DNA of 64,000 nt. It comes from Clostridiales bacterium. GTDB taxonomy: Bacteria; Bacillota; Peptococcia; DRI-13; UBA5745. The notes below the pieces were generated by a model. The model had not been told where the DNA came from. It did no database searches and saw only the letters and a program-made list of their open reading frames with translations. The position numbers and the translations under genes are program-made. The stretch covers positions 1,658 through 65,657 of the forward strand of contig JBCFAO010000017.1 of NCBI GenBank assembly GCA_038562165.1, given 5' to 3'. The first letter of the stretch is position 1. Each line of letters opens with the position of its first letter. Shown piece by piece: positions 9,396 to 18,712 of the stretch.

Positions 9396-10418
9396 TTATT
9401 TAATAAATTCCAATTGCTTCAAAACAGCTTCCACATTGGGATATTGTTCATCCAGCATGGTTTTGAAATCAGCGGCCCCCCGATAGTACAAATCCAGGCC
9501 GGCCTCTTTGGCTTTTTGCTGGAATTCCGGATTATCATAGGCTTTTTTGAAGGCATCCTCCAGAATGGCTCTTACCTCTTCCGGCGTACCTTTGGGAACG
9601 GCGAAGCCCCGCCAGCTTTCCCAAGCCACATCATAACCCAGCTCTTTGGCTGTAGGAGTATTGGGGAAGAGCTGGGATCTTTCTTCGGCAAGGATAGCCA
9701 GTACCCGGATGGAACCGTTTTCCACGTGCTGCTCCATACCGGTAAGGGTCTGGATGCCGGCGTCTACATGCTTGCCGGACAAAGCGGCAATGATTTCGGC
9801 GCTGCCCTTAAAGGGAAGATATTTGAACTTGGCTCCATCGGCAGAGGCTTCCAAAAGGCCGGCGGCTTGATGGAAGAAACCGCCCAAAGGAGTAGTGCCC
9901 ATTTGCAGGGTTTCCGGTTTTTCTTTGGCAGCCGCCAAAAGTTCATCCAGGGTCTGATAAGGGCTGTCGCCGGGGACGAAGACGCCGACGGGCTGGGTGG
10001 TGAACTGCATAATCAGATCAAAATCATCATATTTTATGGGGGTTTGTCCCATAGCCTGGTTAGTCAGCACATCGAAGGTGAGGTTGGCTACGGTATAGCC
10101 GTCGGCAGGGGAATTGGCCGCCTGATCCCAGCCGATAGCGCCGTTGGCGCCGGTGACATTTTGATAGACGAAGGATTGGCCCAACTCTTTAGCGGCGTAA
10201 TCGCCCATTAACCGGGCGGCCAGATCGGAACCGCCGCCGGCGCTCCAGACGATAATCATTTCCATGGGTTTGGTAGGATAGGCAGGGGCGGATGCTGCGG
10301 GCTGTGTGCCGGATTGAGCCGGCGGATTATTTTGGGCAGGCTGACTGCCGCAGGCTGCTAAAGCAAAAGAGAGTAAGCAAATTAAGATAATGGCTAAGAT
10401 TTTTTTCAGGTTTTTCAT
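9396..10418 (-). CDS. tctC: TctC/Bug-family tripartite tricarboxylate transporter substrate-binding lipoprotein (copy 2)
   Basis: Lipoprotein signal (FALAACGS). Contains VWSAGGGSDLAARL and PFKGSAEIIAAL. Start set at MKNLKK, preceded by GGAAGGAG. Confidence 0.85.
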   Translation of the reverse strand: MKNLKKILAIILICLLSFALAACGSQPAQNNPPAQSGTQPAASAPAYPTKPMEMIIVWSAGGGSDLAARLMGDYAAKELGQSFVYQNVTGANGAIGWDQAANSPADGYTVANLTFDVLTNQAMGQTPIKYDDFDLIMQFTTQPVGVFVPGDSPYQTLDELLAAAKEKPETLQMGTTPLGGFFHQAAGLLEASADGAKFKYLPFKGSAEIIAALSGKHVDAGIQTLTGMEQHVENGSIRVLAILAEERSQLFPNTPTAKELGYDVAWESWRGFAVPKGTPEEVRAILEDAFKKAYDNPEFQQKAKEAGLDLYYRGAADFKTMLDEQYPNVEAVLKQLEFIK

Positions 10419-10465
10419 GGATTTGCTCCTTCCATCAATCAAAAAAATCGTATGAATGCTTTTTA

Positions 10466-11443
10466 TTATTTAACAAATCCTAACTGCTTTAATGTGGTTT
10501 CCACAAAAGGATATTGTTGGTCCAAGGCCTCTTTGAAATCCTCAGGGCCCAGGTAAACCAGATCCAGTTTGGCTTTTTTAGCCTTTTCTTGAAATTCCGG
10601 ATGATTGAAAGCCTGTTCGAAGGCCTGTACTAAAATTTGCCGGACATCCTCGGGAGTATCTTTGGGAACGCCGAAGCCCCGCCAGCTTTTGTAAACGACA
10701 TCGTAACCCAACTCCCTGGCCGTAGGCACCTGGGGGAAATTGGCCAGGCGGTCTTCCGTCAGAACCGCTAAAAGCCGCAAGCCGTTATCCGTCATATACT
10801 GCTCCATGCCGGTGAGGGTTTGGATCGCGGCGTCAGTTTTGCCGACGACTAAAGCGGCAATGATCTCCGCCGAGCCTTTGTAGGGAACCACATCAAAGCG
10901 GGCCTGATCCGAGGCGTTTTCCAGCAAGGTTATGGCCTGATGGAAGAAACCGCCCAAAGGAGTGGTGGCCATGGTTATGGTATTAGGCTCTTTGGTGGCT
11001 GCCGCCAGAAGATCGTCCAGGGTTTGGTAGGGGCTTGCCGCCGGTACAAAAACACCGATGGGCTGGACGGTAAACTGGCAGATCAATTCAAAATCCGTAT
11101 ATTTTACATTGGTTTGGCCCATGGCCTGGTTAGTGAGGATATCGAAGGTCAGGTTCGCTATGGTGTAACCGTCGGGGTTCGCCGTTACTGCCTGCTGCCA
11201 GCCTTTATCACCGTTGGCGCCGGTGATGTTGCTGTAGATAAAAGGTTGGCCCAATTCCCTGGAGGCGTAATCGCCGATGAGCCTGGCCGCTAAATCGGAG
11301 CCGCCGCCGGCGGACCAAACGATGACCATCTCCGGCGGCCTTTCCGGAAAAGATGGTTCCTTTGGGCTGCGCAAAGAGCTTTGACCGCAGCTTGCCGTTA
11401 GAAAGAGGAAAAAAGGCAGCAATAAGACGAGAGCTTTTTTCAT
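10466..11443 (-). CDS. tctC: TctC/Bug-family substrate-binding lipoprotein (copy 1, paralogue of 9396-10418)
   Basis: Lipoprotein signal (LTASCGQ) and long identical strings to the neighbouring TctC (VWSAGGGSDLAARL, TIANLTFDILTNQAMGQT). SD GAGGAGG. Confidence 0.85.
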   Translation of the reverse strand: MKKALVLLLPFFLFLTASCGQSSLRSPKEPSFPERPPEMVIVWSAGGGSDLAARLIGDYASRELGQPFIYSNITGANGDKGWQQAVTANPDGYTIANLTFDILTNQAMGQTNVKYTDFELICQFTVQPIGVFVPAASPYQTLDDLLAAATKEPNTITMATTPLGGFFHQAITLLENASDQARFDVVPYKGSAEIIAALVVGKTDAAIQTLTGMEQYMTDNGLRLLAVLTEDRLANFPQVPTARELGYDVVYKSWRGFGVPKDTPEDVRQILVQAFEQAFNHPEFQEKAKKAKLDLVYLGPEDFKEALDQQYPFVETTLKQLGFVK

Positions 11444-12606
11444 AATGCATCCTCCTCATCTCCGGCGGATTTTGCCAGCAGGCCAATTTCTTCGTAATAG
11501 CGCCGGGCTCCCGGGTGCAACGGCACCACCAAGTCATTAGGGAAATCGTTAACATTTACTTTTTTGTAGGAATCGTGGATGATCTCATAAAAGGCCTTGT
11601 TTTCATAAACGGATTTTGTCAAATAATAAGCGACTTCCTCCGGCAGGTCTTGATGAACGATCAGTAAAGTTTTGATTCCTATGGTGAGAACATCCTCCTC
11701 CTGACCCGGGTAGGTGCCGGCAGGGATAGTTACCGGACTCCAGCCGTGCTTTTCGGTAAGGGACCGGATTGTATCCGGCTTCAAGCTTAAAAGCACCGAT
11801 TCCCGCTTAGATAACAACTCCGAAAGAGCGGCGTCGGGCAAAGCCTTATTAATGACCAGCAGATCAAAGTAAAGATCGTTATAAGCCTTAAATAAGGAGC
11901 CGCCTTCGGCAAAATAAATGTCGGTGCCCGGTTCCTGCAAATCCCCGGCATCATTTAGGCCGCATCCCGCCAAGACATATTGCAATATCAAGTAACTGCT
12001 GTCCGTACGGGGCAGGACGCCTAAACGGGCTTTGCCGCCGTTTGCCATCAGATCTTCCAGTGTACCGGCCGGACTTTGTTTATCGGTAATCAGATAAAGC
12101 ACGGTGGTTTCCAAAGAAGCAATGCCTTGAATGCTGTCCAGCACGCCCTCATAGGGCGCCAGTCCGGCCTGGGCTTTTTCCAGAAGGAAACCCTGGGACA
12201 AGCCAATGGCCGCTTGACCGTTTTGCAGCAAATAAGGATTGGCGATGGCGCCGCCGGTAGTGGCGGTAATGGGATAACCCTGGAAATACTGATTGGATTT
12301 TTCGGCTATAGCGGCGGCAATAGAGACCCAAAGGCCATTGACGGAGCCGGAGGCAAAGGTAATGGGCTGGATCCGGGGCACATTTCCTTCCTCTAAAGGC
12401 GGAGTACTCCTGTTTTGCAGGGAACAGGCGGCGCTCGTTAAAAGGCTGGCCGTCAACAGCAGGCTGCCGACAATTTTCTTTGATATGCATCTTTTGTGCC
12501 AAATATCAATAACACCACAGAGTAAGGTTTTTATCTTCAGGATGAGGACCTCCTTTGGGAAAAAATTTCCCCTTAAAGAGAAAAAATTTCCCTGGCAAAT
12601 AATCAA
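11440..12606 (-). CDS. TAXI-family solute-binding lipoprotein with no cognate TRAP permease in its operon (start codon uncertain)
   Basis: Contains YPITATTGGAIANP, IPAGTYPG, HPGARRYYEEIGLL and the lipobox LLTSAAC. The longest ORF starts at a TTG overlapping the upstream stop. A strong SD at about 12546-12553 is not followed by ATG, GTG or TTG. Confidence 0.8.
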   Translation of the reverse strand: MIICQGNFFSLRGNFFPKEVLILKIKTLLCGVIDIWHKRCISKKIVGSLLLTASLLTSAACSLQNRSTPPLEEGNVPRIQPITFASGSVNGLWVSIAAAIAEKSNQYFQGYPITATTGGAIANPYLLQNGQAAIGLSQGFLLEKAQAGLAPYEGVLDSIQGIASLETTVLYLITDKQSPAGTLEDLMANGGKARLGVLPRTDSSYLILQYVLAGCGLNDAGDLQEPGTDIYFAEGGSLFKAYNDLYFDLLVINKALPDAALSELLSKRESVLLSLKPDTIRSLTEKHGWSPVTIPAGTYPGQEEDVLTIGIKTLLIVHQDLPEEVAYYLTKSVYENKAFYEIIHDSYKKVNVNDFPNDLVVPLHPGARRYYEEIGLLAKSAGDEEDAL

Positions 12607-13958
12607 TGGTATTCTTTTAGCTTATTACGAAGTGTACGCTCGGTAATACCCAGAAGGGCAGCAGCTTTTTTTCTGCTGCCTGCTGTAGAACGCAAGGTAT
12701 CTAATATAGCCTGACGCTCAATATCATCAAGGCGGCGGCCGGCCAGGGCCCCTGGAGGCAAAGTGCCGGCGGCGGAACCGGCGGCGGCAGACATACTGGC
12801 TTCCAATGGGGGCAGATCCGCCAAAGTCAGCACCGGCCCTTCGGATAAAGCCACCGCCCGTTCCGCTATATTTTCCAACTCCCTGACGTTGCCAGGGAAA
12901 TCATAGCGCTCCAGCAAAAACAACACATCCCGGTGGGCGCCGGTAATCTGCTTGCCGAATTGCCGGTTGTATTTTTTGATGAAATATTGGAGCAAAAAGG
13001 GGATATCCTCTTTGCGCTGCCGCAGAGGAGGAACCTTGATGGTGATCACATCCAGGCGGTAATATAAGTCCTCCCGGAAGGCGCCTTGCTCCACAGCCTT
13101 TTTTAAATCTTTGTTTGTGGCGGCAATGAGCCGCACATCCACCAGTACAGACTGGTTTGAGCCTACGGGGGTAATGGCCTTATCCTGCATTACCCGCAAT
13201 AGCTTAGCCTGAAGGGATAGATCCATATCGCCGATTTCATCCAAAAACAAGGTGCCTTTATGGCAAAGCTCAAACTTACCCTTGCGGTCGCTGTCGGCGC
13301 CGGTAAAAGCCCCTTTTTTATGGCCGAAGAATTCACTTTCCAAGAGGTTGAAAGGAATAGCCGTACAATTGACGGCTTCATAATGGTACTTTTGACGGTT
13401 GCTGCTATAATGGATGGCTTTCGCCACTAAATCTTTGCCGGTACCGCTTTCTCCTAAAATTAAAATAGTGGAGTTGATATTTTTTACTTTATCAATCATG
13501 GTGAAAACCGGCTCCATGGCGGCAGATCTGCCGATAATTTCACTGCTGCCGTTTTGGACCTTCAGCAATTGGTTTAAATGAGCCACTTGTTTATTGAGCC
13601 CGGCATTTTCCAAAGCATGACCCATCAGGTTTTTCAGCTCATCCATTACAATAGGCTTGCTGACGTAATGGTAAGCCCCTGCTTTTACGGCTTCCACCGA
13701 GGAATCGATACTGCCGAAGCCTGTCATGATGATCACCGGAATATGAGAATGCCGGTGCTTGAGCTGCTTTAGCACCTGGATGCCGTCGTGACAGCCTAGT
13801 TTTAAATCCAGCAAAACAAGGTCTACGGGCTGATTCTCCAGATAATGAAACGCTTCATCCGGCGTCAGAACCCAATGAACTTTGTGCTCATCCTCCAGAG
13901 CGTAAGACAGGGATACACAAATATTTTTTTCGTCGTCAATAATCAGGACATTGCTCAT
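12603..13958 (-). CDS. NtrC-family sigma-54-dependent response regulator (REC + AAA+ + Fis HTH)
   Basis: Receiver domain (LIIDDE ... DLVLLDLKL), Walker A GESGTGKD, the GAFTGA motif, and C-terminal HTH AAALLGITERTLRNKL. Start at MSNVLII, preceded by AAGGAGAG. Confidence 0.85.
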   Translation of the reverse strand: MSNVLIIDDEKNICVSLSYALEDEHKVHWVLTPDEAFHYLENQPVDLVLLDLKLGCHDGIQVLKQLKHRHSHIPVIIMTGFGSIDSSVEAVKAGAYHYVSKPIVMDELKNLMGHALENAGLNKQVAHLNQLLKVQNGSSEIIGRSAAMEPVFTMIDKVKNINSTILILGESGTGKDLVAKAIHYSSNRQKYHYEAVNCTAIPFNLLESEFFGHKKGAFTGADSDRKGKFELCHKGTLFLDEIGDMDLSLQAKLLRVMQDKAITPVGSNQSVLVDVRLIAATNKDLKKAVEQGAFREDLYYRLDVITIKVPPLRQRKEDIPFLLQYFIKKYNRQFGKQITGAHRDVLFLLERYDFPGNVRELENIAERAVALSEGPVLTLADLPPLEASMSAAAGSAAGTLPPGALAGRRLDDIERQAILDTLRSTAGSRKKAAALLGITERTLRNKLKEYH

Positions 13959-14013
13959 GAGGCTCTCCTTTATGCGTATAACGGTGGACACTATAGGGCG
14001 GACAGGGAAATGT

Positions 14014-15621
14014 TCAGGACAAAATTACCGTTGCCTTGGTGCCGATGCCTATCTGGCTTTCTAAGATCAACCGGCCCTGGTTTTTTTCCAAAAGGCGGCG
14101 GCAAATATAAAGACCTAAACCGGTGCCTGAGCGGCGGGTAGTAAAAAAGGGCTCCGTTATTTTTTCCATATATTCTTCAGGGATACCCGGACCGTTATCG
14201 CTGATGGTTACGGCTATATGGCCTTCGGCGGTCTTATGGCTGCCAATGGCGATGGCGCCGCCGTCTTGTATGGATTCCAGGCTGTTGAGGATCAGATTGA
14301 TAAAAACCTGCATCAGCTCCATGCTGTCGCCGCAGACCAGACAGCCTGCCGGCATATTGATATCCAAGGCCACCCTTTTTTCATTGCATTTGCGCAGCAA
14401 CAGCAATAAAACGCTATCCAGCAGGACTTTGATGTCAAAAGAGGAAGGATTGGCCGGTTTTGGCCTGGCATATTCCGATAAAGAAGATACCATGTTGTCC
14501 AGGCGGCTTACCTCCATGGTGACGATTTCCGTCATATTGCGGCGGAAATCCGCATTGTTGATTTTATTGGGCAAAAGCTCCGCCATGGTCTTGATGGAAG
14601 TCAGGGGCGTCCGTATCTCATGGACGAACTCGGAGACTAAAAGATCCAGGGATTTCATCCTGTCCACCTTTGTCAGCTCTTCCTGAAGCTGGCGCTCTTT
14701 ACTATAAGCCTTATTTAGCTCTTCTGTCCGGCGTTCCACTTCCTTTTTTAAAGTGGTTCGCCATTTAAGGGCTAAAGCCATGATTAATAAGGCCAGTATA
14801 GCCACAAGGGCAATGGCCAAGAAATAGCTTCTGATCTTCCGGTTATAAGAAGCTATACTTTCACCGAACCATTTTTCGTAAATCTTTTCATAGCTTTTAT
14901 TGCTGAAAACCGCCTCTAAGCCGTTGTTGAGCTGGCTCATCAGAGTTTTATCGGCGGCATTGGTGTAAAAGGCGTAAGAGCTTATATTGAAGGGCTCGCC
15001 CACAGCTTTAATGTAATCTTCCTGATTCCATTTCTGAATCAGGTACATGCCGGCGCTTTTGTTGCCGATATAAGAATCCACTTCCTTATTCATCAGCAGG
15101 AGGAAGCCATGCTCTTGGCTCATGACGATTTTGGGGCTTTCCAGAGGATATTTATCCAGATAAGTGCCGATAAGAGGGGTAAGGCTCTGGGTATTAATGG
15201 CCACGGGACTGCTCCAAAAGCCTTCCAAGTCGGAAATATATTGATTGTCCTCCCGGACGAAGATAGTATCCTGACTTTCAATCAGCTCTTTGGAGGCCAG
15301 CAGGCTTGGACTATGGTCCCGGTTGCTGACAATAGCGTCAAGGCCCCGGGAGAGCAGATTGTTGTTCAAATCGGCGGCGGTTTGGGCATAAAGCTCAATA
15401 TCCATACCGATTTCAATGGCTACGGCCCGGACGAGATCCACGTTAAAGCCTTTAATCATGCCGTTGTCGTCCACATAGGAATAAGGCGGCATATTGATAT
15501 CTACGCCTACCCTGATGCTTTGGTTTTCCTGTTCAAAGGGGGCTGCTTCAAGTGCGGAACCGGTACAAAGCAGCATAAAACAAACCAGAAAAAGAGCAGG
15601 GAACTTTTTTTTCAATTCCAT
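14014..15621 (-). CDS. sensor histidine kinase with periplasmic family-3 solute-binding (PBPb) sensor domain
   Basis: Signal/TM segment, then an SBP-like region (IRVGVDINMPPYSYVDDNGMIKGFNVDL), a second TM segment, H-box HEIRTPLTSI, and an ATPase G-box GTGLGLYICRRL. Confidence 0.8.
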   Translation of the reverse strand: MELKKKFPALFLVCFMLLCTGSALEAAPFEQENQSIRVGVDINMPPYSYVDDNGMIKGFNVDLVRAVAIEIGMDIELYAQTAADLNNNLLSRGLDAIVSNRDHSPSLLASKELIESQDTIFVREDNQYISDLEGFWSSPVAINTQSLTPLIGTYLDKYPLESPKIVMSQEHGFLLLMNKEVDSYIGNKSAGMYLIQKWNQEDYIKAVGEPFNISSYAFYTNAADKTLMSQLNNGLEAVFSNKSYEKIYEKWFGESIASYNRKIRSYFLAIALVAILALLIMALALKWRTTLKKEVERRTEELNKAYSKERQLQEELTKVDRMKSLDLLVSEFVHEIRTPLTSIKTMAELLPNKINNADFRRNMTEIVTMEVSRLDNMVSSLSEYARPKPANPSSFDIKVLLDSVLLLLLRKCNEKRVALDINMPAGCLVCGDSMELMQVFINLILNSLESIQDGGAIAIGSHKTAEGHIAVTISDNGPGIPEEYMEKITEPFFTTRRSGTGLGLYICRRLLEKNQGRLILESQIGIGTKATVILS

Positions 15622-16652
15622 ATGAGATCCCTTTCCCAATAATATTTGACAGCCCCCTGATGAAAAGAAAGAGGGTATTTGTCGTTCAATTGATTACCCT
15701 TGATTTCCTGATCAATAAAAAATACGGATTTATATTCTGCCATATGGTCATAAAGGGCTTTCGTCAGCTCATAAGTAATGACCAGCTTCGTTTCCCTTTC
15801 CGCCGCCAGTATTACTTTAGTGGCTGCCGTCAGAATGTAGCGGTCCATGCCTTTATAGGTCTGGGAGGGAACAGTGATCATTTTGTATCCCGGTAAAAAG
15901 CTCTCTATACCGTCAATTAGCTGTACATTTTCCAAGGGCAGCAAAACAATGTCAAAGTTTGCGGCCATTTGAGCGATAGGCTGGCTGGGCAAAGCAGCGT
16001 GGGTGGCGATGCAGTCGATGAGCCCTGCTTCCATTGCCTTAACAGCGGCAGTCAAGCCTATATAGACGGGCTCAAAAAAGCTATAGTCGATACCATGAGC
16101 CTGCAATAGCCGGCGGGTCAGCAGCTCTTCCTCGCTGTTAAGGGCCCCTACGGCCACCTTTTTATTGGATAGCTCCGATAACCTGCGGATACCGGAGCTT
16201 TTTCGCACCACACATTGGAAAGCCAGAGCATATAAAGGAGTTACAATCTGCTTTTGATTTTTTAAAACAGTACCGTAAATGCCTGACTGGCTGACCTGAT
16301 CGATTAAAAGAGCTTCGGAAATCAGCTCTAGCTGGCCTTGATGCTGGCCTGATTGCTGAAAATGGCAATTCATCTCATCGGCATATTTTTCTACCATGAC
16401 ACAAAGGGCCATGGCCGGCTGATAAATCTCATCTTCGGAAAGCTGGCTCTTTATATTGATGGAATACTCCTCTTGCACGTCGGATAATAGGTCGTAAGGG
16501 ATCAACTCCTCTTGAAATAAAGGCGGGCTATCCGCCGGCGGCAACGGCTCACGGGTAAGCAGGGCAGGGCTCCAGAGATATAAAGCGCCGCCGGCAACAG
16601 CAAGAAAAATGGCTAACCAGAAAAAAAGAGGGGGTTTAGTAGAATTCATCAT
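15612..16652 (-). CDS. membrane-anchored TAXI-like solute-binding-fold protein
   Basis: N-terminal TM segment (LFFWLAIFLAVAGGALYL). The C-terminal two thirds resemble TAXI proteins (VAVGALNSEEE, VPSQTYKG, HQGAVKYYWERDL). It overlaps the kinase start. Confidence 0.6.
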   Translation of the reverse strand: MMNSTKPPLFFWLAIFLAVAGGALYLWSPALLTREPLPPADSPPLFQEELIPYDLLSDVQEEYSINIKSQLSEDEIYQPAMALCVMVEKYADEMNCHFQQSGQHQGQLELISEALLIDQVSQSGIYGTVLKNQKQIVTPLYALAFQCVVRKSSGIRRLSELSNKKVAVGALNSEEELLTRRLLQAHGIDYSFFEPVYIGLTAAVKAMEAGLIDCIATHAALPSQPIAQMAANFDIVLLPLENVQLIDGIESFLPGYKMITVPSQTYKGMDRYILTAATKVILAAERETKLVITYELTKALYDHMAEYKSVFFIDQEIKGNQLNDKYPLSFHQGAVKYYWERDLIWN

Positions 16653-16723
16653 AATAACGAGGTTGCTTCCTCCTGCCTTAGTTATGGGAAAATAAAGCCT
16701 AAAAAGGTCTTATTATTTTTCTC

Positions 16724-16740
16724 ATGCAAAAATAATGCCA
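16724..16740 (-). promoter_or_regulatory. sigma-54 (-24/-12) promoter of the TAXI-like/kinase/regulator/tct locus
   Basis: The minus strand reads TGGCAT-TATTT-TTGCAT, a near-consensus match with correct spacing, about 70 nt upstream of the first ATG. Confidence 0.65.
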
Positions 16741-16757
16741 ACAGGCCTGGATGAGAG

Positions 16758-16787
16758 CCAAAAAAGAAAGGCAGCTAAAAGCTGCCG
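16758..16787 (-). terminator. rho-independent terminator of the upstream flavodoxin/ferredoxin gene
   Basis: The minus strand reads GGCAGC-TTTT-AGCTGCC followed by TTTCTTTTTT. Confidence 0.55.
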
Positions 16788-16805
16788 CCGGTTGTTTATA
16801 ACGCT

Positions 16806-17594
16806 TCAGCAAAACAGTTCCGGCTCCCGGCGCTCCAGAAAATTGCTTTCAATTAAAGTTTTGCGCTGCAAGAGCCCTTCATCGTCAAAATATTTGGCCT
16901 CCTGAGGACAAGCCTTGACGCAAGCGCAGCAGCTAATGCAAACAGCCTTGTCAGCCAGGCGAGGGTCCTCAAAAGAGATGGCGCCGCTGGGACAAAGACC
17001 GGCACAGAGCAGGCAAGCGGTACAACCAGCTTTTGTCTTGGGGGAGCGGGGAGCCGCCGCCATGCCGGTGCGGTAAGGATAATTGCCCGGAAGCTTAATC
17101 GGCTGGAAGACGCTGCCCTGCAGCTTTTGGGCCGCTTTGGCGGCCAATACTCCGGCTAGCTGTAAATCCCGGCTATCGGGCCGTCCGGCAGCGGCCAGAC
17201 GAGAATAAGAATGCTCGCCGATAAAAGCCCCGGCAGCTATGGCAATAAAGCCGGCCTCCTGCAGAATATCCTGCATTTCCAGCAGACTGTCCTCATAATG
17301 GCGGTTGCCGTAGACAGAGACTATTATTGCAGGGGTATTGCGGCCCTTTAAGCTGCTGAGAAAAGGCTGCAATATAGCGGGTATCCTGCCGGCATAGACC
17401 GGCGCTCCCAGAATCAGCAGGTCCTCCTGGCCAAAGGCAGCTATGGGCTTGCGGCCCGAGGGTGGGGTGAGATTGATCACCTGGCCTTTTGAGGGCTGGG
17501 GGAGCAGGCCCATGATTTCCCCAGTGACCGTTTCAACGATTTTTTCTGTGGCATGGGTGGGGCTAAAGTAGGCACAATGAATAGTATAGGCCAT
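16806..17594 (-). CDS. flavodoxin-like domain fused to a 2x[4Fe-4S] ferredoxin domain (EFR1-type)
   Basis: N-terminal flavodoxin-like region, then C-terminal CTACLLCAGLCP and CISCCACVKACP cysteine clusters. Confidence 0.6.
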   Translation of the reverse strand: MAYTIHCAYFSPTHATEKIVETVTGEIMGLLPQPSKGQVINLTPPSGRKPIAAFGQEDLLILGAPVYAGRIPAILQPFLSSLKGRNTPAIIVSVYGNRHYEDSLLEMQDILQEAGFIAIAAGAFIGEHSYSRLAAAGRPDSRDLQLAGVLAAKAAQKLQGSVFQPIKLPGNYPYRTGMAAAPRSPKTKAGCTACLLCAGLCPSGAISFEDPRLADKAVCISCCACVKACPQEAKYFDDEGLLQRKTLIESNFLERREPELFC

Positions 17595-17740
17595 GTAAGC
17601 ATTCCTTCTTTCACCTATAGTCCGTCAGGCTTTACGGCAAGATATAGCTATAGTATACTGCCTTGACGGCAGGAAGCAAGGGCTGTATTCTAAAGAAAAA
17701 TGCCTATATAATCCAATGCTTGGAGAAAGAGAGCGTTAGA

Positions 17741-18565
17741 ATGAAACTGATTGCCTTAGTGGAAAACCGCACTATATCACCGGAGTATTCCCCAAGCCAC
17801 GGTCTCAGCTTATATATTGAAGCCCTTGGCCACAAAATCCTTTTTGATTTGGGTAAGGATCAGTCCTTTTTGGAAAATGCCCAAAAGTTGGGCGTCGATA
17901 TTGCCGCAGTGGATACCCTGATTATTTCCCATGGCCATCAGGATCACGGCGGCGGTTTAGCCGCCTTTTTGGCTAATAATGACCGGGCCAAAATCTATAT
18001 CAGAAAGAGGGCTTTTCTGCCTCATCTTATCGCAGAAGGAGGGGAGTTGAAACTAGCGGGCCTGGATCCAAATCTGGAGGACAATGAGCGGATTATCTTT
18101 ACGGACTCCCTTCATAAGATCGATGAAGGCTTGCTTTTATTCTCCGATGTGCCAAGGCAGCGGCTGCTGTCTGTTTCCAATGACTTTCTGTATGAGGACC
18201 GTGGAGAAGGGGATTATGGCCCGGACCGGTTTGAGCACGAACAAAATCTGATCATTAGCGAAAAAGGCAAGCATATTTTGTTGGTGGGCTGCGCTCATTG
18301 CGGCATCGTCAATATTCTGGAAAAAGCCCGGGCATTAGTGGAACAGAAGTTGGACCTGGTCATCGGCGGCTTCCATTTATTCAATCCCATTACCATGATC
18401 AACGAAGAAGAAAGCCTGATCCGCCGGATTGCTGCCGAGCTAAAGGAGAAAGATACGCTCTTTTACACTTGCCATTGTACCGGCGAAGCAGCCTTTGCTT
18501 TACTGCAGGAGGACATGGGCGAGCAAATACGCTATTTGGCCACCGGCATGAATTTGGAATTATAG
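17741..18565 (+). CDS. MBL-fold metallo-hydrolase
   Basis: Contains the HGHQDHGGG metal-binding motif. Start set at MKLIALVEN (ATG 17741). Confidence 0.75.
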   Translation: MKLIALVENRTISPEYSPSHGLSLYIEALGHKILFDLGKDQSFLENAQKLGVDIAAVDTLIISHGHQDHGGGLAAFLANNDRAKIYIRKRAFLPHLIAEGGELKLAGLDPNLEDNERIIFTDSLHKIDEGLLLFSDVPRQRLLSVSNDFLYEDRGEGDYGPDRFEHEQNLIISEKGKHILLVGCAHCGIVNILEKARALVEQKLDLVIGGFHLFNPITMINEEESLIRRIAAELKEKDTLFYTCHCTGEAAFALLQEDMGEQIRYLATGMNLEL

Positions 18566-18578
18566 TGATGCAAAGACA

Positions 18579-18605
18579 GCCGCCCTAAGTTGGGCGGCGT
18601 TTTTA
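18579..18605 (+). terminator. rho-independent terminator
   Basis: GCCGCCC-TAAGTT-GGGCGGC followed by GTTTTT. Confidence 0.65.
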
Positions 18606-18712
18606 CAAGGCCTTATGAAAATCTTAAGAATTTGTCCAGTAAGAAGTCATAAAAAATACCCGTATATTATGTAAAATAGAGATGATTATCTTATCGGAAG
18701 GTGGTAGAGGCA

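Noticed and set aside
9207-10211. Long ORFs antisense to, or out of frame with, well-supported genes: 9207-10211, 10940-11293, 15109-15642, 21544-22176, 24752-25339, 25759-26313, 43043-43723, 48430-49200, 51561-52340, 54147-54821, 55266-55880 and 59693-60274.
   Set aside because: Each lies fully inside a gene with clear family motifs on the other strand or frame. They have biased, low-complexity-like composition (rich in R, G, A and P) and no SD. This is typical of shadow ORFs in moderately GC-rich coding DNA.
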